Notes: generated by a model from the sequence alone, not told the origin. A stretch of DNA of 56,216 bases from Candidatus Poseidoniales archaeon (GCA_028283345.1 JAPOGE010000001.1:1-56216); one strand, 5' to 3'; shown: positions 47,304 through 56,216, counted from the stretch's first letter. Made by a program: numbers and translations.

Positions 47304-49229
47304 TTATAGATAATACCATATGAGTATTGTATCTTCTTCAATGCTATATGCATCAATCGCCACGTTAGCATGGATGCCATCGACCCAGTATAACAGCCAA
47401 CGGTCATCCTTGCCATCCTCGGCATTGGCAATTGAATCGACATATCCACCGATTGACTCCTGATGATAGACAAATTCGATCCCGGCGACCTCGCACCCCA
47501 TCACGGTCAACTCCCAGCCATTATCTGCTCCTGAGAGCCCACCGATCCAGACCGATGGAATCTGGTTGCCGGAGGGGTGGCTCGAGATGATTGAACCATC
47601 ACTGTCGACCATGGTGATGTTATTTGCATAGATTTCTATGAGAAACGGGTCTAAAAACTCAAAACCAATTACCTGCGTGCCCTTCCAAGACTCCGGCCAC
47701 AGCGAATCATCGCGTTCTTCACCATCCTTTGCAACCAATTCATTGACGGATTGCTGGGCTGTGGGCAATAGCAATACCATCCCTATCAGGAGTAATGTGG
47801 TGGCTCCAGCGAAGGCGATCTGTGGCCTGCGACCGAGTTTTACCAGTAGGAGGCAGAAGAACCCCAGCACCAGGCCAAAGCCGATTAGCACATAGGCCGA
47901 GTTCGGTGCTGATTGGCTGGCCTCGAAATTGTCCCCGTAGGTGGGCTCGAGGGTGGTTTCTGTGTCTTGAGATTGCCATTCTGCCAACCGATGGGCACTA
48001 TAGCGGAATTGTTCATCAGCGCTAAGTGCATCGTTAATACTGATTTCAACCCAGCCTGCATCATTTGCTATGGCTATTGCATTGATTTCCCCGCCCCAAC
48101 CGATTCCTGCGGTCATATAGCCAGATACTTGAGGAATCCAGGTCCATTGTAATTCGACGGTGGAATTGCTGGGATTTATTCGGTAAACGTCGATTTTTCC
48201 TTGAGCGGTATTGATTGGTAGAGCAAATAGGTCACTACCGAGGGCCTGAGTCGTCCCAACCACCGGTTGGTCGGTGATCTCCGCGACCAATGTTAATTCA
48301 TCAGAGAATTTCCACCACGTCGTATTATGTGTTGTCGGGATGATGATGTTTCCTGGCGATTGCGCCATTATCCCGAAACTCCCCCGTAGGGCATACTGTT
48401 GTTTAACCACACCATCAGCCCAATGAATCAGTACACTGCCGGTTGTCGACTGAATCGGTATCAGTAGTTCGCCATCTCCCAGCGCCAATATCTGCGAGCG
48501 TATCTTCCCTGATTGGATACCAAAGTCGACGGTTGTGGTCGAATTCGGCGCCGAGGAGTTCCAATAGGTCATCCTCCCCTGTTCATCCCCGGCCGCATAC
48601 CAGATGAGGTCACCTTCGAGCCAATAGGTCGGCCAGTGACGATATCCCCTGACATCATCGGGGAAGATCACATTCCAATTCTCTTCGCCATCAACTGGGT
48701 CCAGAGAGAGGACGCCATTCTCCATCGGCACCAGAATCTCACGATACGTGCTATTGCTCGCTACTTTTACGATGGCACCGTGAATTCCGTAGGCTGGAGC
48801 CGAGGTGTTTACCGACCAGTGAAGAATGCCGTCGACTATCCGGTGAGCGGTTATCTCGCCCGATGACCATCCGGTGATCACCACATCCGGCATTGAATAG
48901 ATTCCATCGATTTGCGTCACTGAGAATGGTAGGAGGGGTGACATCTCGAATTGTATCTTGGATTCCATGCTGACATTCCATAATTCACTGCCATCACTCT
49001 GTAGATACGCGACCAGACCACCCGGGGTCTTGACCACCGCGATGCCACCCCATAGCAACGGGGCCGAGGAGACATAACCCGAATCCAGGTCTTTGCTCCA
49101 GGTCACTACCGGGGCACTGGAGCCATATAGGTCGAAAGAAGAGGTTCCCTCACCAATCGCCATTGGTAAAGGCACAATAATCGCGGCTAGCAGAATCACC
49201 AGCGCTATGGTTGCCAATTTCGGCCGCAT
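47304..49229 (-). CDS. Secreted PQQ-like beta-propeller, two TM helices and C-terminal DUF4430 (transcobalamin-like) domain
   Basis: Signal peptide; blade motifs DGSELWN, DGILHWS and DGEENWN; C-terminus GGYVDSIANAEDGKDDRWLLYWVDGIHANVAIDAYSIEEDTILIWYY. Confidence 0.78.
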   Translation of the reverse strand: MRPKLATIALVILLAAIIVPLPMAIGEGTSSFDLYGSSAPVVTWSKDLDSGYVSSAPLLWGGIAVVKTPGGLVAYLQSDGSELWNVSMESKIQFEMSPLLPFSVTQIDGIYSMPDVVITGWSSGEITAHRIVDGILHWSVNTSAPAYGIHGAIVKVASNSTYREILVPMENGVLSLDPVDGEENWNVIFPDDVRGYRHWPTYWLEGDLIWYAAGDEQGRMTYWNSSAPNSTTTVDFGIQSGKIRSQILALGDGELLIPIQSTTGSVLIHWADGVVKQQYALRGSFGIMAQSPGNIIIPTTHNTTWWKFSDELTLVAEITDQPVVGTTQALGSDLFALPINTAQGKIDVYRINPSNSTVELQWTWIPQVSGYMTAGIGWGGEINAIAIANDAGWVEISINDALSADEQFRYSAHRLAEWQSQDTETTLEPTYGDNFEASQSAPNSAYVLIGFGLVLGFFCLLLVKLGRRPQIAFAGATTLLLIGMVLLLPTAQQSVNELVAKDGEERDDSLWPESWKGTQVIGFEFLDPFLIEIYANNITMVDSDGSIISSHPSGNQIPSVWIGGLSGADNGWELTVMGCEVAGIEFVYHQESIGGYVDSIANAEDGKDDRWLLYWVDGIHANVAIDAYSIEEDTILIWYYL

Positions 49230-49244
49230 CCCCCAACCCACCAC

Positions 49245-51518
49245 TCAAAGGAGTTTCAAAATCGCCTGCTTCAGCAATTCACTGACGACCTTACCATCGG
49301 CCGCACCGCCCGCCTCGCCCATCACCACACCCATCAGTGGCCCCATGGCTGCCATCCCCCTTTCAGTGATGAAATCGCCACGTTCGGCGATGACCTTGTC
49401 GACAATTACCGCCAAGTCTTGCGCATCGGCGGGTTTGAAGCCCTGGGCCTCGGCTCGGGCGGTGATTTCAGCCAACATAGCAGAAGTTGCAGCTGGATTG
49501 GCGGGCCCACCCAGCGGCCAGGCACCACTCGACAGGAGGTCGGCGGTTAACGGCACCACTCCTTCACGGGTCATTCCGCCTTCACCACGGACCTGAATGG
49601 ATAACGCAAGTGCGGCCAGAGGTACCGCAGTTTCCGGGCAACCGACCACCTCAGCGACCGCCTTTCGGGTTGAATCCAGCAGGGTTGTTGCCCAGGCCTT
49701 GGCAGGCAATGATTCCAATCCGGGTGCAAGGCCAGAGGCCAACCCAACTTCGATGTCCTCGCCAACCCCATCAGCCTCACCAGTTGTGTCACCGGCCCCC
49801 GGGGTGCGGTCAGCACCGATGCCGGCAAGGAATTCCTCGTCGAACTGTCGGTCCAGTAATTGCATTATCTGGTCGTCGGAAATTCCTCTTCCGGCCAATG
49901 TTTCCCGGCGTTGTTCCCTGGTCGGAGGAAGATTTTCGAGGATATTCTGCCATTGCTGTTCGGTCAATTGAAGAGGAGGGATGTCGGTTTCGGGATACAT
50001 CCTAGCCCCACCCGGCAGTGGCCGCATCGCGGTGGTCGTACCATCGGCCGGCTCACCCTTGGAGACCACGACATTGCGGACTTCCTGGGGGATTCTGTGC
50101 CATCCCATCCTGGCGCGCATCAGCACTGCTTCGAGCGCTAATTCCGCTTGCCATGCCGGGGCGCAACAAAGGACGAATGCATCGGCATCTCCGATGCCGA
50201 GTGCCGCCTTTACCGCCGCAACCTCATCATGACTGATTCCGTAGGCGGGTAATTCGTCGCTGTGGAATATCCCCGCCACCCCGGCCAATCTGGCGGCGTT
50301 GGCCAATTCCTGCCCGAGGCGCGGAAGTTGGGCGCCACCTGAATCCTCGCTCTTCACCCCGAGGTTTCCACCTAGGTATGGGAGTCGAATCGCCAACATC
50401 GCCGAACCTTCGGCAAGCGAGTTCGCGACCATCTTCGATTCGCAGGTGGAAAAGACCTCGCCGACATCGTGAATCTCCAGTGGAATCACGGCGGCCACCG
50501 CGCTGGCAACCTCAGTCTCGGTTATCGCATCGGTGTCGCGTCGGTCGGGTGGTAGAGCGGGCAAGGACAATTGCTTTCGCAGAGTATTGGCCAGACGATA
50601 GAAATGCAATTGGCGAGCCATCTCCAGGCGGATGATGCGGGGAATCCAATCGAGGTCCTGGCAACCCTTGATCTCGACCCGGTCACCACAGGCGATACTG
50701 ACATTGAGGTCTTGGCGGATTGAGCCCAACCCTCTCCTGACCCGGCGGGTGTCGCGCAGAATCGTTCCCATCACCCGGGCTGTCACCTGCGCGTGTTCAG
50801 GCGACTGAACCTCTGGGGCGGTGGCGATTTCGACCAATGGAATTCCCAGCCGATCGAGGTTCCAGGTGACTATTTCACCGTCTTTGGTGGCGGTGGTGTC
50901 GAGTTTTCTAGCGCTGTCTTCCTCTAGACATATCACGTCGACCCCGACATCACCATCCGGGGTTGCGATGACACCATTGGTGGCTATCAAGGTGGTACGC
51001 TGAAAGCCCGAGGTGTTTGAGCCGTCGACCACGGTTTTGCGCATCGTCTGCAGTAGCGGCACCGGGTGCGCCCGCATCAGGCCAGCGATTGTCAGGGCGG
51101 CTTCGACCGCGTCCTCGTCATGACCTTCAGGCGGTTGGTCATCGAGTTCGATGAGGCCGGAATTGGGCGCTTGGATGTAGATGAATTGGCGGCCTCGCTT
51201 GGCCTCGAATCGAGCCGCAATGTCGACCTTTCCTGATTCACCTTGTGCGACTCGCAGTTTTCGCCGTACTCGAGGCCATTGTTCAGGGACTGAATCGATG
51301 GTGACATCGTGCAGTTCCCCGGCTTGACGGGAATGTAATTTGCCGGTCGCCAATTGCTGATGGACCTCGAGACCGCACATGAAGCCGAGGCCTGCCGGAT
51401 CGAGAGAATCGGCGTCGTCAACATCACCTATCGGCTCGGGTGCTCGGGCGTCGCCAACATCACCTATCGGCTCACCCATAACTCGACCCATAGGGTCGAG
51501 AGTGATGAGCATATTCAT
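49245..51518 (-). CDS. gatE: Glu-tRNA(Gln) amidotransferase subunit E
   Basis: GLEVHQQL, MRKTVVDGSNTSGFQRT, LEEDSAR, RGLGSIRQDLNVS, HSDELPAYGI and RPLPGGARMYPETD motifs. Confidence 0.96.
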   Translation of the reverse strand: MNMLITLDPMGRVMGEPIGDVGDARAPEPIGDVDDADSLDPAGLGFMCGLEVHQQLATGKLHSRQAGELHDVTIDSVPEQWPRVRRKLRVAQGESGKVDIAARFEAKRGRQFIYIQAPNSGLIELDDQPPEGHDEDAVEAALTIAGLMRAHPVPLLQTMRKTVVDGSNTSGFQRTTLIATNGVIATPDGDVGVDVICLEEDSARKLDTTATKDGEIVTWNLDRLGIPLVEIATAPEVQSPEHAQVTARVMGTILRDTRRVRRGLGSIRQDLNVSIACGDRVEIKGCQDLDWIPRIIRLEMARQLHFYRLANTLRKQLSLPALPPDRRDTDAITETEVASAVAAVIPLEIHDVGEVFSTCESKMVANSLAEGSAMLAIRLPYLGGNLGVKSEDSGGAQLPRLGQELANAARLAGVAGIFHSDELPAYGISHDEVAAVKAALGIGDADAFVLCCAPAWQAELALEAVLMRARMGWHRIPQEVRNVVVSKGEPADGTTTAMRPLPGGARMYPETDIPPLQLTEQQWQNILENLPPTREQRRETLAGRGISDDQIMQLLDRQFDEEFLAGIGADRTPGAGDTTGEADGVGEDIEVGLASGLAPGLESLPAKAWATTLLDSTRKAVAEVVGCPETAVPLAALALSIQVRGEGGMTREGVVPLTADLLSSGAWPLGGPANPAATSAMLAEITARAEAQGFKPADAQDLAVIVDKVIAERGDFITERGMAAMGPLMGVVMGEAGGAADGKVVSELLKQAILKLL
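51411..51473. repeat. 27-bp direct repeat (1 mismatch, 36-bp period) in the 5' end of gatE
   Basis: GGCGTCGYCAACATCACCTATCGGCTC at 51411-51437 and 51447-51473, encoding EPIGDVxDA twice. Confidence 0.9.
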
Positions 51519-53695
51519 CAAGTGGGTTGGTATTCATTACGGTTACTCAAGGGACGGAATAAGGTCCCTCCATTACACAGGGAATCCAGAATTCCCTCGA
51601 CCTGCGTTTTTGAGATGTTGTGTTTTTCCATTTCATTTAGGATTGAAAACAACTTGACGGTCTGGTCGGTATTCTGATACTGCTGAATGATGTAAGAAAC
51701 AATCCGGTGTTCTTGGTTGCGTTTGGTGGTGGTCTTTCCTGAGACCATTGAGGTCTCATCATAATCCCCACCCATCAGTTCATAGCGCCAGACATCAAAA
51801 GTCGCAATCGCCAAGTTGGCATCGACAATCTCCACGTCATCGGATAGCCGGGTACGAGCATGCGCCTCGGCCAGGCGTACCAGTGATTCGATAGAACGGG
51901 CGGTGATCGGTACGCTGTCAAATGAATCCAGGCCCGATTCGGTGCCGAATTTTTTGCCATCGGTATATACACTTCCAGACTCGTTTATCCCTCCCCCTTC
52001 GGTGCGGGTCTTGACATAATAGTCGACGATGAGCTCGCGCGCCGCGTCGGTGAGGGTCGGGTGAATGAATTTCTTGGCGTATGCCACATATTTCTGAAAT
52101 AAATCTGGCTCGATCAGTTCTGACCCATCGATAATCCCTTTGGCCACGTCCTCAGAGGTCGGAGCGGGGGCGATTCCCTCATCAATCAACCATTCAGGAG
52201 TGCCGGTCTGGCGATATTTTGCGATATGCATGCCGATTCTACGGTCGTCATCCTTCTCCGGTTTATCCAGCATCATCCAGATACAATCGAATCTGGTGAG
52301 CAGGGGTTTGGTCAACATTATCTGTTGGGTGTAGGGGCGTGATTTCTTATCGACTTCGGGATGGATGAACTTCCCATCCGAGGGGTTTGCCGCGGCCAAA
52401 ATCGCACAGCGGGTGCGCATAGTCGTGTGGACGGTCGCCTTGTGAATGGAAATCTTCTGCTGTTCCATCGCTTCGTGCATCGCACTGCGGTCCTGCTCGC
52501 CCATCTTGTCGAATTCATCGATGCAGGCCAAGCCCATATCGGCCAGGGGAAGGGCGCCGGCTTCGACCGTCCAACCCCCATCTGAATGCTGTACTGCGGC
52601 CGCGGTCAGGCCAGCACCGGAGGTGCTCATGCCGCTGGCGAATTGGCCGCGTGGAGCAAGGGCCACCATGTAATTGAGCAATTGTGATTTCGCCACCCCG
52701 GGGTCGCCCATCAACAGGATGTGGATGTCACCGCGGGCGCGGGTGCCGTCGGAATTTATCCGTGAAACACCGCCGAATAATTGCAGCACAAGAGAGCGCT
52801 TGATGGCATAATGGCCGAATATCGAGGGGGCGATGGAATTGACCAACAAACTTTCCAAATCCTCGCGCTTGCTATAATTCACAATCATCTCCTTCTCCTC
52901 ATCGGAGATGGTGACTTCTTCCAGGGGGATGTTCTTGCGCTCAAATGAGTGGCACTTGAAAATCAAATCGAAAATCGGTGTATCCCTACCACCTTTTCTC
53001 TGCGCTCGCCGAAATAGTCGACCATTCAGCACCACCCGATTACCGGGTGATAACACCCCGGCCATATCACCTTGGAGATAGCATTGCATCACCTCTGCGG
53101 ATTGGCCTGATTTGACTTTTTCCGGCAGTTCCTGAATCTCGACCGTCTGGGTGTCGAGATGCGCCGAGTCCTCATGGACAATGGTGAATCTGGTCTTGCG
53201 GTCTTCCCGACCACAGCCACCTTCGTGTATTTCACACATCAGTGGGGTGGTCATTTTTGATTCATCCAATTGCTCGAGCACCGTGTCGTAGCCGCAGATA
53301 CAGCGAAATGTGGCGATGGTAATCATTGGCCTGACCGAGGTGATTTTGGCGACGATTCCCTCGATGGCAATCAGTGGACTGATGTGTTTATTGCGAATCT
53401 CGCGCAGAACAAAACGATGGTCGAGAGGTAGCTCGATCAAACGCAATTCGGCGTCGGCATCGACCCCAAGATCCTGTAATAATGCCTTCAAGGTCTGCCG
53501 TGCCGCATCGAGAGAGAGGCCCGGATGGAGCAGGACATCGGCGGCGAAATCCGGATCGTAGGCTTGCAGGTCACCGTAGCGAACCTCAAGGCCCTGCTCC
53601 TCGGGCCACAGGAGCGAGAAGGTGGCTATAGATTCGTGACAGACTTCCTCGAGAAAGCCGCGCCATCGCGCCCCCATATCGAACTGTAAGACCAT
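51518..53695 (-). CDS. mcm: Replicative helicase MCM
   Basis: GDPGVAKSQ, GLTAA, CIDEFDKM, AMEQQ, AAANP, LTRFD and ITARSIESLVRLAEAHAR motifs; C4 Zn finger; GGTGAG SD. Confidence 0.97.
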   Translation of the reverse strand: MVLQFDMGARWRGFLEEVCHESIATFSLLWPEEQGLEVRYGDLQAYDPDFAADVLLHPGLSLDAARQTLKALLQDLGVDADAELRLIELPLDHRFVLREIRNKHISPLIAIEGIVAKITSVRPMITIATFRCICGYDTVLEQLDESKMTTPLMCEIHEGGCGREDRKTRFTIVHEDSAHLDTQTVEIQELPEKVKSGQSAEVMQCYLQGDMAGVLSPGNRVVLNGRLFRRAQRKGGRDTPIFDLIFKCHSFERKNIPLEEVTISDEEKEMIVNYSKREDLESLLVNSIAPSIFGHYAIKRSLVLQLFGGVSRINSDGTRARGDIHILLMGDPGVAKSQLLNYMVALAPRGQFASGMSTSGAGLTAAAVQHSDGGWTVEAGALPLADMGLACIDEFDKMGEQDRSAMHEAMEQQKISIHKATVHTTMRTRCAILAAANPSDGKFIHPEVDKKSRPYTQQIMLTKPLLTRFDCIWMMLDKPEKDDDRRIGMHIAKYRQTGTPEWLIDEGIAPAPTSEDVAKGIIDGSELIEPDLFQKYVAYAKKFIHPTLTDAARELIVDYYVKTRTEGGGINESGSVYTDGKKFGTESGLDSFDSVPITARSIESLVRLAEAHARTRLSDDVEIVDANLAIATFDVWRYELMGGDYDETSMVSGKTTTKRNQEHRIVSYIIQQYQNTDQTVKLFSILNEMEKHNISKTQVEGILDSLCNGGTLFRPLSNRNEYQPT

Positions 53696-53755
53696 ACTTC
53701 ACTCACCGGGCATCAACGCGCATCGCTGGCGTCATATAACCTACGCGATTGAAAA

Positions 53756-53782
53756 CCCCCAACCCCTTGGTTTCCGGTGGAA
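53756..53782 (-). promoter_or_regulatory. Origin recognition box (ORB)-like element upstream of mcm
   Basis: Minus strand reads TTCCACCGGAAACCAAGGGGTTGGGGG, a TCCA-N3-GAAAC dyad followed by a G-string. It lies just upstream of the putative mcm TATA (TTATAT, 53734-53739). Confidence 0.7.
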
Positions 53783-54115
53783 AAACGCTTGCCCACAAGC
53801 CTACATTTGCAACAGATATGGGCTTCCCAAGGAACTTTTCTAACAAATTCGAAAACTCCCCGAGAACCAAAAAACGCTCCGTAGCACTTTACCCTGCCGC
53901 CGGCCCTGCTGCGGCGATTCTTAGCACATCGCTGCAAACAAATACTGACGCGTTTTTTGGGAAGAATCATCGATTCAAATAACGAATACAGCGACTATCC
54001 CCTGATTCGTACTAGTTGAATCGGTGCGTTTTTCACCTATTTCAAAGGATATGCAGAGGTTTTAATCCCTTCAATACACCCATCGGTTCAAGAACCAACC
54101 CGATTTCGGCAAATC

Positions 54116-55939
54116 ATGTCCTATATTGAGGTGCAATTCACTCATCAGGACACCGAGGCATCTTGGTCATGCGATGGAAAATATGTATTATTTCTGAGAG
54201 ACAGTGGTGAAGGAAAATCTCGGTTGTTGCAGATCCATCGACTTGAAGTTAAGACGGAGGACATCAAACCGATTACAAGTGTCGTGAAGAAATTCATCAC
54301 TGAAATACATGTTTCACCATACACTCATCATCTTGCTTACATGATAAATAGCGGGAATGAGAAACACAAGATTATCATCCAAAATTACGTTGATGGAACG
54401 AGGAAGCGGATCCCAAGTAAAGAGAAAACGCTCTTCGGGGGGTGGACTGAATCTGGTATACATTATTTTGAGTTGAAAGAAAAGGATGGAGACAAATGGA
54501 AAAGATGTTTCTTCGATATTGGATTACAACAAATCACCGATACAGATGGAGATGTTGGATATTTTCCTGATATGCTAGGACAGATTCGTGGCACCCCAAT
54601 AGTCATCAATCAATTTGCCAAATTTGATAATAAGATTCGTAGGAAAGATGAAAGTTTAGCGTTCAGTACGGAGCATAAGCGACAAGGTAGACTGAGAGAA
54701 GGTTGTTCGAATGGCGACAGCATATTTTGCATCAGAGAGTGCAGTCAAAGCAGCGTCGGGGAGATTGTAGAATTCCAATTAGAAGATGGACAATTAACAA
54801 ACACAGAAAAACCTATTCTTTCTTCCGAAGAAATCAGTCAACAAATCAAGATTATTGGAGAACATCCCAGGGGAGAAATACACGGGTTCTTGATTACCGA
54901 TGACTGCATAATCATCAATTTGAACCAAGATGGGCATAGTGAATTACATAGATATTATACCACTGAAAAACGATGGGAAAGAATTGATCTAAGTGAAATC
55001 GAAACTGACATTGGAAATTGTTGGATTGAGGGAATTGACTACAATGAATCCAGTGGTCTACTATTGACTGTCTCATCTTTTTGGAGGCCTCAACATCTTT
55101 GGAGAATAGATTCAGAAACAAACGACTTAGAGCGCTTAACAGAACCATTCGATCGGCTTGAAATAGGTAGGATGACGTCAAAGGAATTTCTAGCAAAAGA
55201 TGGGATGGATATGCAATATTTCGAAATTGAGCCTTCCGAGGTTAGTGATTCAACTGAGACGATTGTTTTCTTCCATGGCGGACCCACTGTCCAAACCACG
55301 TGTAAATGGGACCGTGTCATCGCATCTTTCCTCGCTGAGAAATATCGAATCATAGCCCCCAACCCAAGAGGGGGTATCGGCCGTGGTGCAAGTTATTGTG
55401 GTCTTGATGATGGGGAAAAACGACTTACTCTCATTCAAACTGAAGTTGGCCCGTTTGTAAAGAATATCGATTCCGAATATGGAACACCTTGTATCTATGG
55501 GGGGAGTTATGGGGGTTGGCTTGTTCTCACATTGGTTACTTCATCCGTTTGGGGAGGGTACGTTAAGGCAGCAGTATCGAGAAATGGAATCGCTTGTATG
55601 GTCACATTTTTTGATGGGGATGGAAAGGACATTCCTCCAACCGCAAAATGGAGAAAAGCACACCGAGAACGGGAATATCTTGGAAACACTCAGGGGGACG
55701 AGAAGAAACGACTCAAGGAAAAATTGAGTCCAATTAAGGCAAAGGCAACTACATTGAGGAACACTTTGATCGTTTATGGGAAAAATGACCCACGAGTACC
55801 AATAAGCGCGGCTTTCGCAGAAAAATTTAGCACGAAGAAACTGCCCTTTCCTGATGAAGGTCACAAAATCAAGTTTCTCCACAATCGTATTCGCTTGATT
55901 AAGGAATCCCTTGAATTGTTTCAACGACAATTGGATTAA
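54116..55939 (+). CDS. S9-family (prolyl oligopeptidase / acylaminoacyl-peptidase-like) serine peptidase in an AT-rich segment
   Basis: FHGGP, PNPRGGIGRG, GGSYGG, GKNDPRVP and FPDEGH catalytic-triad motifs; N-terminal beta-propeller-like region. Confidence 0.9.
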   Translation: MSYIEVQFTHQDTEASWSCDGKYVLFLRDSGEGKSRLLQIHRLEVKTEDIKPITSVVKKFITEIHVSPYTHHLAYMINSGNEKHKIIIQNYVDGTRKRIPSKEKTLFGGWTESGIHYFELKEKDGDKWKRCFFDIGLQQITDTDGDVGYFPDMLGQIRGTPIVINQFAKFDNKIRRKDESLAFSTEHKRQGRLREGCSNGDSIFCIRECSQSSVGEIVEFQLEDGQLTNTEKPILSSEEISQQIKIIGEHPRGEIHGFLITDDCIIINLNQDGHSELHRYYTTEKRWERIDLSEIETDIGNCWIEGIDYNESSGLLLTVSSFWRPQHLWRIDSETNDLERLTEPFDRLEIGRMTSKEFLAKDGMDMQYFEIEPSEVSDSTETIVFFHGGPTVQTTCKWDRVIASFLAEKYRIIAPNPRGGIGRGASYCGLDDGEKRLTLIQTEVGPFVKNIDSEYGTPCIYGGSYGGWLVLTLVTSSVWGGYVKAAVSRNGIACMVTFFDGDGKDIPPTAKWRKAHREREYLGNTQGDEKKRLKEKLSPIKAKATTLRNTLIVYGKNDPRVPISAAFAEKFSTKKLPFPDEGHKIKFLHNRIRLIKESLELFQRQLD

Positions 55940-56001
55940 CAACCACAATCGTCATCATCGTCATCATAGCAGGTGCAGGTTCCAATACATTTGCAGGGCA
56001 T
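55936..56001 (-). CDS. Putative 21-aa Cys/Asp-rich microprotein MPCKCIGTCTCYDDDDDDCGC
   Basis: ATG at 56001 to TAA at 55936; three CxC motifs; CCTTAAAC TATA-like box about 25-30 nt upstream; stop overlaps the peptidase stop (TTAA). Confidence 0.5.
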   Translation of the reverse strand: MPCKCIGTCTCYDDDDDDCGC

Positions 56002-56060
56002 GATTTTTCGATTTTTCTTCCCTGTTTAAGGCTTGGCGCAGTTATTGCAAAGGGTCATCT

Positions 56061-56213
56061 CAGTGACTACGCATTGATTACAAAGAATGAGCACTTGACT
56101 CACTGGGTATGCGCAGTGACTACCCATCCGAATACGGGTGTCTCATAGAGGGGGGGGGGACCCTTTGAAAATAGAAACCCGTTTCAATGGGTATTCGGAT
56201 AGACCCTTTTGAA
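56061..56213. repeat. Cluster of direct and inverted repeats with a G10 run at the window end
   Basis: CAGTGACTACGCAT / CAGTGACTACCCAT (56061, 56114); ATCCGAATAC (56126) inverted with GTATTCGGAT (56191); G10 at 56150-56159; ACCCTTT(T)GAA twice. Confidence 0.6.
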
Positions 56214-56216
56214 CAC

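Noticed and set aside
51518..53695. Intein in MCM
   Set aside because: The 725-aa length and contiguous Walker motifs leave no room, and there is no C...HN splice signature.

Overview
This is an archaeal chromosomal segment, most consistent with Marine Group II Euryarchaeota (Ca. Poseidoniales). That assignment is inferred from mcm, gatE, RaSEA, two pth2 genes and a TFB-like gene sitting among bacterial-type catabolic genes and large secreted proteins. Genes in order: a partial cbb3-oxidase-subunit-I-like membrane protein with four EF-hands (absent from the ORF track), RaSEA, psd, bcp, a frameshifted membrane gene, hemolysin-III, glutaredoxin, a DEAD-box helicase, a five-gene beta-oxidation operon ending in an ACBP-SDR fusion, VOC and PAP2 genes, a giant DNRLRE/CARDB surface protein, pip, a methyltransferase, an AddAB-like helicase-nuclease pair divergent from a highly diverged TFIIB-like gene, a repeat-rich 1023-aa orphan, ltaE, a double-domain solute-binding lipoprotein between two pth2 paralogs, a putative cobalamin-uptake pair (beta-propeller/DUF4430 protein plus CbrT-like ECF S-component), gatE, mcm with an ORB-like box upstream, and an AT-rich tail with an S9 peptidase and a 21-aa CxC microprotein ORF. 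I found no rRNA, tRNA, CRISPR array or transposase. All family calls come from motif recognition by eye, not database searches.
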